IMG/VR virus record: IMGVR_UViG_3300037067_018912 | Location: 128,001-192,000 of that record | Source of the DNA: a virus | Taxonomy: Duplodnaviria; Caudoviricetes | Length of the DNA: 64,000 bases | Reading direction: 5' to 3' (one strand) | Shown here: one piece after another, positions 31,001 through 37,206 of the stretch | Layout: the number at the start of each line of letters is the position of its first letter | Position numbering within the stretch: position 1 is the stretch's first letter | Made by a program: the position numbers and the translations under genes | Notes under the pieces: model-generated | Database searches by the model: none | What the model saw: the letters and a program-made list of their open reading frames with translations, nothing else | Told to the model about the DNA's origin: nothing

Positions 31001-31141
31001 GGGGAACAGTTTGAAAGTAATTTTTGTTGTATTTGCAAGTTTACGAAACTCGTGCCTTAACCAACTTGGCTATTCGTCCAATTTTGGCGGACAAAGATGG
31101 AGTCGAACCATCGTTTTACTGGAATCACTTTCAGTTTTCCC
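31001..31141 (-). ncRNA. Module RNA 2: circularly permuted tRNA-like RNA (YrlA-like order, anticodon CGU)
   Basis: 5'->3': module strand, T-arm GAUGG-UUCGACU-CCAUC, acceptor 3' strand UUUGUCC-G-CCA, linker AAAUU, acceptor 5' strand GGACGAA, UA, D-arm GCCAAGUUGGUUAAGGC, anticodon arm CGAGU-UUCGUAA-ACUUG, module partner strand. Confidence 0.85.
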
Positions 31142-31147
31142 ATTTTG

Positions 31148-31281
31148 AGGGGAGAGCCGGGATCGAACCGACAATCAATTGTTTAATAGACAATTTGCTT
31201 TACCTTTACTGGAAACACCATTAGTTCTCCTGTTGAGGAGCAATGAGATAGTATTTTTCGTTTTTGATTTGCTATCTCCCC
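31148..31281 (-). ncRNA. Module RNA 3: tRNA-like RNA (anticodon AUU) with the module inserted in the D-loop
   Basis: Acceptor GGGGAGA/UCUCCCC, anticodon arm AUUGU-CUAUUAA-ACAAU, T-arm GUCGG-UUCGAUC-CCGGC. A ~65-nt D-loop insert carries AGGAGAAC-UAAUGGUGUU-UCCAGUAA. Confidence 0.8.
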
Positions 31282-31315
31282 TTGTAATCAATAAAAAAAG
31301 AACTCTTAAAAAATC

Positions 31316-31392
31316 AGAAGAAATTTGTTGGTTTTTGTTTTGTAGATATTGAATTTGCCTCTCAATTTACTGAAAAAACCATCAGTTCTTCC
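31316..31392 (-). ncRNA. Module RNA 4: minimal module with a small hairpin cargo
   Basis: GGAAGAAC-UGAUGGUUUU-UUCAGUAA pairs with AAAAACCAACA-AAU-UUCUUCU. The cargo hairpin is AUUGAG-AGGCAAA-UUCAAU. Confidence 0.7.
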
Positions 31393-31493
31393 TCAATGCC
31401 GATATTGAATGTGGTGTCGGCCTAATTCGGCCTCGATCTTACACTGTCTATCATCAGAACCACTAAACCACTCTCATGATCTCAATATACTTG

Positions 31494-31567
31494 TAGCGGG
31501 AGAGGGATTTGAACCCTCGAACTCTTGGTTATGAGCCAAGCGAGATGCCGGACTTCTCCACCCCGCA
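31494..31567 (-). tRNA. tRNA-Met(CAU), initiator-like; CCA not encoded
   Basis: UGCGGGG-UG-GAGA-AGUCCGGCA-UCUC-G-CUUGG-CUCAUAA-CCAAG-AGUUC-GAGGG-UUCAAAU-CCCUC-UCCCGCU-A. It has a 1:72 mismatch and an A11-U24 pair, as in fMet tRNAs. Confidence 0.85.
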
Positions 31568-31641
31568 ATGTGAAACGTTGATTCGGGTTCAACGTTTAAA
31601 ACCTTTACAAATTCCTTACACAAGGTAAAGAACTAAAATTT

Positions 31642-31771
31642 AAAAAGGATAGTTTGTTTGTTGTCTTGTTTTTAACAAAATCGGACTTGAACCGACAACG
31701 TACTGCTCTGAAGGCAATTCCTCTTCCAATTGAGGTATTTGTTTACTGAAACAACACTCAGTTTCCTTTTT
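31642..31771 (-). ncRNA. Module RNA 5: tRNA cloverleaf (anticodon UCA) with the module extending the acceptor stem
   Basis: AAGGAAAC-UGAGUGUUGU-UUCAGUAA, then acceptor AACAAA/UUUGUU, D-arm CCUC-AAUUGGAA-GAGG, anticodon arm AUUGC-CUUCAGA-GCAGU, T-arm GUCGG-UUCAAGU-CCGAU, then partner strand GACAACA...AACUAUCCUUUUU. Confidence 0.8.
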
Positions 31772-31774
31772 TTG

Positions 31775-31907
31775 TGGGGAGAGTCGGATTTGAACCAACA
31801 ATCAATTGTTTTACGGACAATTTGCTTTACCTATTACTGTAAACACTAATAGTTCTCCTGTTAAGGAGTATGAGATAGTATTTTCGTTTTGTTTTTGCTA
31901 TCTCCCC
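31775..31907 (-). ncRNA. Module RNA 6: paralog of RNA 3 with anticodon GUA
   Basis: Same scaffold as 31148-31281. Anticodon loop CCGUAAA, discriminator A. The D-loop insert carries AGGAGAAC-UAUUAGUGUU-UACAGUAA. Confidence 0.8.
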
Positions 31908-31954
31908 ATGTAAAATTCAAAATTTAAAAGAACTCTTTTGTCATTAAGACGATG

Positions 31955-31986
31955 CAAACATAATTCGAATTTTTTAATTCTCCAAA
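31955..31986 (-). promoter_or_regulatory. Bacteroidota-type housekeeping promoter driving the ncRNA array
   Basis: Minus strand TTTG (31986-31983), 20-nt spacer, TATGTTTG (31962-31955). This matches the -33/-7 consensus TTTG-N19-21-TAnnTTTG. Confidence 0.75.
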
Positions 31987-32036
31987 TGTTTTTGCAAAAA
32001 AATTAAAAAAAATTTTATTCAGTCTATTTCGAACAT

Positions 32037-32044
32037 ATAAATAC
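32037..32044 (-). promoter_or_regulatory. GTATTTAT motif (putative phage late promoter) upstream of the ncRNA array
   Basis: The same octamer precedes ~10 other transcription units in the window. Confidence 0.5.
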
Positions 32045-32082
32045 GTGAAAATTTCAAAAAAGACGCAAAAAACTATAAAATT

Positions 32083-34125
32083 TTATAATTTATTTTCTTT
32101 CTTCTTCATAACGTGTTGATTTGCACCCAATTTCGCAAGCATATCACGGACAATCTTACCATTTCCTTCCGGTTCTTCGGAATCCAACGGCAAGTTGTTG
32201 AAATCAAATTCCACAGTATCGGTGTTTTCAAATGGTTTATAGGTGGGTATCATTCCCCCATTTTGTAATTTTACCTCTTCGGTTTTTTCCTTTGGGGGAC
32301 TTGTTTCTGGGGGTTTCACATCCTCAATCCTCACCTCCGGCGGTTCGACAACATCCGGATTGGTGGTATAAGTCTCCCCTGTCCATCCAAACGGATTATC
32401 TAATTCATTCAACACGTCCTTCACCTTGTCGCTTGCCTCTTCAAGCAATGATTTGGTCTGCACCTCGACCACAATATTCTTTTCCACAGGTACGTTCTCA
32501 TCAAACTCAATCAAAGAATCATCTTCCACAGGTTTCTGTACCTTATTCTCATTCATTTGGGCGTACTTTTCTCCCATTCCGGTCACCAAATCTTCATTCG
32601 CCCTTCCTATAGCACGTGATTCAAAATCCTTGATGGTATCACCATCAGTAACATCACTCACCGCTACATGTATTAAATTTATTTTATCGTCAGATAATAA
32701 TCCCGCTTGCCCCTCAATCCTACCCAATGCCTCATCAGTAGCACCTGGTGGCAATTTCCTTGTGTATTTAAGTGGATATCTCTTATCCTCAATAACGATC
32801 ATCATTTTATCGTTATCGAAAATACAGTCACTAAACGTTTGACCATCACGTGCGAACCTCGCCTTAATAATCTTTATTGTTGCAAGATTGGCCTCCTTTT
32901 GATCGTCTGTCTTGGCCACACTCATGAAGAAATGCGCTTTTTGTAATCTTTTAATGCTTCCACCCGTCTGAAACGCCTCAACTATTTCAGCGTTAAGTCC
33001 GCCACGATTTGTTTGAAGTGCCGTCCAGGCAGGAATGTCCATATCAGACGCCATTGCTTCAAACGATTTAATAATCACCAATTCCGCCTCTGTTCTATCA
33101 GGAGTCTTCTTGTGTGAATCGAGACAATCAAGGTAGTCGAGCACCACAATATCAAACTTGAATCCATATTTCTTTTGATGCCTGTTAATCCACGCCCGGA
33201 CATCCATCATGGTGGTGTTTTCCTGACTCATCTTGATAATGACAAGTCTACCCTTACCTTTCATTTTTTCGGCTTGGGCAACGACTATTTCCTTAACTTT
33301 TTTATTTTCCTCATCCATCTTACTCAATGGTACTCCTGACCAAATCGTAAAATGCTTCCTTTGAATTTGTTCAACAGTATCCTCAAATATGATCTGTAAC
33401 ACATTCTTATTGCATTCATATGCAGTATTGGCAATCTTCGTCAATGCGGTCGTCTTTCCAACCCCCGAAGGTGTCAGAATCACCCCAATCTCACCTTTAC
33501 CAAGACCACCACCCGTTAATGTATCAATCACATCAATGCCTGTTGGTATGGTCTGTCTAAATTCCTTTCTCAACACTCTATCGATGTTCTCAAATACTTC
33601 CGTGCCTTCATCCTCTTCAGCACCAATATGTGCAATTTTTAGAAATTTCTCTTCAATTTGGGCGATAACGTGTTTATTCTTTATTTCACCATTTTTCGTT
33701 TTATCAATAATAAATTCACCAGTCTTCCTATATTCTTGTTGTTTAATGAACATATTCGCCGACCTGCGGACAATTTCCCCATCGTGCAACATTTCCTTGT
33801 TCAAAACCCTATCATTCCACAATTCAATTTGTTGAAGTGCAGAGAACACCGATTCCTCCTCAATCTTGTTGTTCGGTGTCTTAAATTCATTGATTGCCTG
33901 TTGGATGCTGCGGTTTTGAAGATTAGGAACTTTACCATATTCCTTAAAGAACTCGTAGATGATGATGAACATCCTCTTCATGATAGGTTCATCAAAATAA
34001 TCGACAGCCAAATTCGGCAGTATTTTCTCTGCGAATTCGGGTTCGACAAGGAGTTGCCACATCATCTTCCGTTGAAAATCCGGACCGAGATACGATGTGA
34101 AAGTATTTTCAACAGTTTCGCTCAT
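32083..34125 (-). CDS. Replicative DnaB-like (T4 gp41-type) helicase with acidic C-terminal extension
   Basis: IPTGIDVIDTLTGGGLGKGEIGVILTPSGVGKT (Walker A), VVLDYLD (Walker B), WTALQTNR and KARFA. The start is more likely the ATG at 34125 (MSETVEN) than 34176. Confidence 0.9.
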   Translation of the reverse strand: MSETVENTFTSYLGPDFQRKMMWQLLVEPEFAEKILPNLAVDYFDEPIMKRMFIIIYEFFKEYGKVPNLQNRSIQQAINEFKTPNNKIEEESVFSALQQIELWNDRVLNKEMLHDGEIVRRSANMFIKQQEYRKTGEFIIDKTKNGEIKNKHVIAQIEEKFLKIAHIGAEEDEGTEVFENIDRVLRKEFRQTIPTGIDVIDTLTGGGLGKGEIGVILTPSGVGKTTALTKIANTAYECNKNVLQIIFEDTVEQIQRKHFTIWSGVPLSKMDEENKKVKEIVVAQAEKMKGKGRLVIIKMSQENTTMMDVRAWINRHQKKYGFKFDIVVLDYLDCLDSHKKTPDRTEAELVIIKSFEAMASDMDIPAWTALQTNRGGLNAEIVEAFQTGGSIKRLQKAHFFMSVAKTDDQKEANLATIKIIKARFARDGQTFSDCIFDNDKMMIVIEDKRYPLKYTRKLPPGATDEALGRIEGQAGLLSDDKINLIHVAVSDVTDGDTIKDFESRAIGRANEDLVTGMGEKYAQMNENKVQKPVEDDSLIEFDENVPVEKNIVVEVQTKSLLEEASDKVKDVLNELDNPFGWTGETYTTNPDVVEPPEVRIEDVKPPETSPPKEKTEEVKLQNGGMIPTYKPFENTDTVEFDFNNLPLDSEEPEGNGKIVRDMLAKLGANQHVMKKKENKL

Positions 34126-34227
34126 ATAAGTGCGTAAAATGAGGGGGCAGTTGCAGAAAACAACTACAAATAGCAACGGTGAACAATTATTGAAACTAAC
34201 TTTGCAACCGCCCTTATGTTATTATTT

Positions 34228-34863
34228 TTAACTTCGGTAGTTCAATTTCCTCAACAAGTCTTCCCTTTTGGCGGGTGAAAACTCCCTTATTTGATTGATG
34301 GAATACCCTTTGTAATTAATTAATACGTAGTCGTCCCACATATTCCGAATGTCTTTCCTCTTGATCTTTTCGAATATCTGATCAGCGATTTCAATAACAG
34401 CGTAATACACGTCAAGCGACCACCGAGCAACAGGATTGAAACCATCAACATAAAATAACCTTTCAACAATCGGCTTATTGTTGATATAGAACCCGATTTT
34501 ACATTCAACACCTCTTATAACCTTTTCTTCAATGTGTTGAACAATCGGCTGCGGATTGTAATACCCTATCCTTCCGACAGGGGTGTGTATTATAGCCTGA
34601 TAATAATGATAAAGATTATATGAATGGTTGGGCGAATCCTCTTTGTCTGTTTCCTCCCTTCCTACTTCAAAAATCACATCGTAACTCTTCCTTGAAAGGG
34701 TCTTCTGTAGCCTGGTTATGGCTCTCGGCAGTATGTCCCGTATATCGATTGAATATCTTGTAAATGGATTGAATTGATCTGCATCAAATGCTTTTTCACA
34801 CAACAAAACATCCCCCTGATACAACGAGAATTTGAACACGTTGCTGTATCCTTTTTCGCCCAT
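34228..34863 (-). CDS. Hypothetical protein in the replication cluster
   Basis: Clean 211-aa ORF. A TATATTTG -7 box lies at 34899-34906. Confidence 0.6.
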   Translation of the reverse strand: MGEKGYSNVFKFSLYQGDVLLCEKAFDADQFNPFTRYSIDIRDILPRAITRLQKTLSRKSYDVIFEVGREETDKEDSPNHSYNLYHYYQAIIHTPVGRIGYYNPQPIVQHIEEKVIRGVECKIGFYINNKPIVERLFYVDGFNPVARWSLDVYYAVIEIADQIFEKIKRKDIRNMWDDYVLINYKGYSINQIREFSPAKREDLLRKLNYRS

Positions 34864-34935
34864 TTTAATCGATATTATCGTTAGTTAGTAGTCTTATACA
34901 AATATAATCAGATCACCCCGGATTTAAAAGGGTTT

Positions 34936-35988
34936 TTATAAATTACCTTTATTATTTTTTAGATATTCTGTAAGCAATTGTTTTTCATTCATTATCACGG
35001 TGTAAAACGGTTCGACGTAGTTTGCAAAAGTACCTGTATATATTTTTAAGAACTCGTCCTCCTGCATCATTTTAAGAAGATTTTTACTCCCTCTATTTTC
35101 CGGAGATAGCGGTATTTCCAACTGCAACAATCCTTCTTTCGCTTCTTCTGTGAGCATCGGTACTCTCAAATTAACCAATTTGTAATTGGTTTTCAACCTC
35201 TCAATACCCTTCAACAGGTTTTCAAAAGTTTTCAACGGTTTCTTCTTCTCTGCAATCCTGGCCTTATTCATCTCATCCACCTTTTGACAAATCTCCTTTA
35301 CGGTCATGTGCCTAAATTTCATCTCCGGGAAGTGATTGATTAGCGTCTTCTCGCCCCAACCTTGAATTCCTTGAATATTATCTGCATCATCACCACAAAT
35401 GATCTTCAATATCAACGCATTGGTATAATGATGATCAAAGTGCATTATATAATTCGTCTTATTGACAGGCTCGTCGATGCCGGGAATTATCATTGAAATG
35501 TTCAAATCCAATAATTGTGCGAAATCCCTATCGGCAGAATAAAGGAATATCTCCTCTTTGTTGTTATACTGTAAACAATATGCAGCAACCAGATCATCAC
35601 CCTCTACATCGTCGATCTCTATCTGTCTCAAAAAAAGTTCTTCCGCATATGCTTGTATTCTTTTCCTTTGCTTGAGGATGGACTCTTCTTTCTCTTTCTC
35701 TCTTCGTATTTCGGCGGCAGTCATCTCAATCCTCTTGTGCCATTCCTTCGTCTTCCGATTGGCTTTGTACTCGCTATCGATGTAATGCCTTAATATGCCT
35801 CCACCCTCGCCATCCCATACAAGCACAACCTTATTAATCAAATGTTCTTTGATTAATTTACGGACGGTGGTCATAAAAGCATATAATCCGCCAATATGAC
35901 CAAAGTTATTGGTGTGAGTATCTTTTGCGCCGTGGTACGACCTTTTCAAGAGATACGAAGAGTCCACCAGCAAAGTCCTTATTTTCAT
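34936..35988 (-). CDS. 5'-3' exonuclease / flap endonuclease (T4 RNase H / PolA N-terminal type)
   Basis: LLVDSSYL, WDGEGG, YKANR, EGDDLVA, SADRDFAQL and GDDADNIQGIQGWGEKT motifs. Confidence 0.9.
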   Translation of the reverse strand: MKIRTLLVDSSYLLKRSYHGAKDTHTNNFGHIGGLYAFMTTVRKLIKEHLINKVVLVWDGEGGGILRHYIDSEYKANRKTKEWHKRIEMTAAEIRREKEKEESILKQRKRIQAYAEELFLRQIEIDDVEGDDLVAAYCLQYNNKEEIFLYSADRDFAQLLDLNISMIIPGIDEPVNKTNYIMHFDHHYTNALILKIICGDDADNIQGIQGWGEKTLINHFPEMKFRHMTVKEICQKVDEMNKARIAEKKKPLKTFENLLKGIERLKTNYKLVNLRVPMLTEEAKEGLLQLEIPLSPENRGSKNLLKMMQEDEFLKIYTGTFANYVEPFYTVIMNEKQLLTEYLKNNKGNL

Positions 35989-37133
35989 TCCTCCGGTTTT
36001 TCCTCAACCTCCACTCTGCTAATAATTTCATCCTCAAATGAAATCTTACCGTTGGCATCGATGTTCTTCGTCGATAATGTAAGGTCTTCGGCGTTGATGC
36101 TGTCGTCCTCGAACAAATTACGGAAATAGAGTATGTTTTTCTTTTTGAAACCCTCAATATCATCAGGATACACAAAACCAAGCGGTGTGGATATGATCGT
36201 GCCCTGCATTGAAATACCACCCAATGGTCCGTCAATGTGATTCTTAGCAACACTAATCTTGGTTTCAATACCGTAACTCACAGTACGCTTCTTACTGTCA
36301 GCAGTGGCCGCCTTCGTTCCGTGGGTTATAATTCCACCCATATGGAAAATCAATCTTGCGCCGAGATTCCATGTCTCACCACCTTTGTGTTTCACAACAC
36401 CCTTGTTCATATTGTCGATCCAGATTTTCTGTGTTGCGACAACGGTATTGGTGTGTGGCTTATTAATCTTCCTGCTGCTTGGAATCGTATTGTTCAAAAG
36501 GTACATGAATGCTTTCTCATATGCCCCGGCGTTCCACATATTGTTTTGTACATCATCTTTTTCTTGTGCATTGATGGTCTTGATGCAGTTCAACGTGCCG
36601 ATCGAATCAATAGCAAACAACAAATCCACATCAAGCAAACCTGCGGCCTGTTTGTCAAGATAATAATAGAAGCATTTCGCCAAATCCTCAATTGACGCCT
36701 CTTTTCTGTCCTTATCCTGCAACTTCCCGAATTTGTCAAGAATGAAATCGTTGTCAATATAAATATAATTGTCGAAATCGAACCCCAATTCTTTCAAACG
36801 ATAGTTTCCCCGTCTTAAATTGTTTTCAGTGTCGATGAGAATTGGAACGATCCCCATCCTCTGCGCCGACACAAGAGCCTCGCAGATTGCAGTAGATTTT
36901 CCTGTGTTTGTATGACCCCGAACTTGATTGACATAACCTTTGGCGAATCCCGGTAATCCGGTCGCCCTTCTCACACCCGGAGACATTTCTATCCATTCCA
37001 ACGGTTTGTCGGGAATGTTTTCAATACCTTCCTTCTTCTTAAAATCGTCCAATGAAAAAGTCTTTTTTGCTGTAGGTTTCCTTACCACAGGATTATTGGC
37101 AGGTACTTCCTTTTCAGTCACTATTTTCGCCAT
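35985..37133 (-). CDS. RecA/UvsX-like recombinase
   Basis: Walker A GHTNTGKST, IDTEN, FAIDSIG and KGGETW...ARLI. Overlaps the exonuclease gene by ATGA. Confidence 0.8.
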   Translation of the reverse strand: MAKIVTEKEVPANNPVVRKPTAKKTFSLDDFKKKEGIENIPDKPLEWIEMSPGVRRATGLPGFAKGYVNQVRGHTNTGKSTAICEALVSAQRMGIVPILIDTENNLRRGNYRLKELGFDFDNYIYIDNDFILDKFGKLQDKDRKEASIEDLAKCFYYYLDKQAAGLLDVDLLFAIDSIGTLNCIKTINAQEKDDVQNNMWNAGAYEKAFMYLLNNTIPSSRKINKPHTNTVVATQKIWIDNMNKGVVKHKGGETWNLGARLIFHMGGIITHGTKAATADSKKRTVSYGIETKISVAKNHIDGPLGGISMQGTIISTPLGFVYPDDIEGFKKKNILYFRNLFEDDSINAEDLTLSTKNIDANGKISFEDEIISRVEVEEKPEE

Positions 37134-37157
37134 GTTGTTTGAATTTTTACGTAGTTT

Positions 37158-37187
37158 AAAAAGGGGGACGTATAAAATCCCCCCTTA
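37158..37187 (-). terminator. Intrinsic terminator
   Basis: Minus strand AAGGGGGA-UUUUAUACG-UCCCCCUU followed by UUU, downstream of the SSB gene. Confidence 0.6.
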
Positions 37188-37206
37188 TTGTTTTTCAAAT
37201 TACACC

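Noticed and set aside
31024-31224. 66-aa plus-strand ORF in the track
   Set aside because: It is antisense to the structured RNAs, has a non-ATG start and runs opposite to every real gene.
31707-31713. Genome-wide UGA recoding implied by the UCA anticodon
   Set aside because: Genes translate full-length in code 11, and several end in TGA within ATGA start/stop overlaps.
30779-31859. The repeated motif read as DNA resembles a LexA SOS box (TACTG-N10-CAGT)
   Set aside because: Two of six copies have TAG instead of CAG. The N10 segments covary with distant complementary strands. The copies lie inside tRNA-like bodies rather than at promoters. The host appears to be Bacteroidota, not Gammaproteobacteria. 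An RNA module explains the data better, although a DNA-binding role is not formally excluded.
30705-31907. CRISPR or mini-CRISPR array
   Set aside because: The repeats are degenerate and irregularly spaced, the intervening sequences are tRNA arms, and no cas genes are present in the window.
31148-31907. Annotating the D-loop-insert RNAs as ordinary tRNA-Asn/tRNA-Tyr or as group I intron-containing tRNAs
   Set aside because: The inserts are only ~60-65 nt, sit in the D-loop, lack a group I core and match the module shared with non-tRNA RNAs. The D-stems and anticodon loops are non-canonical.
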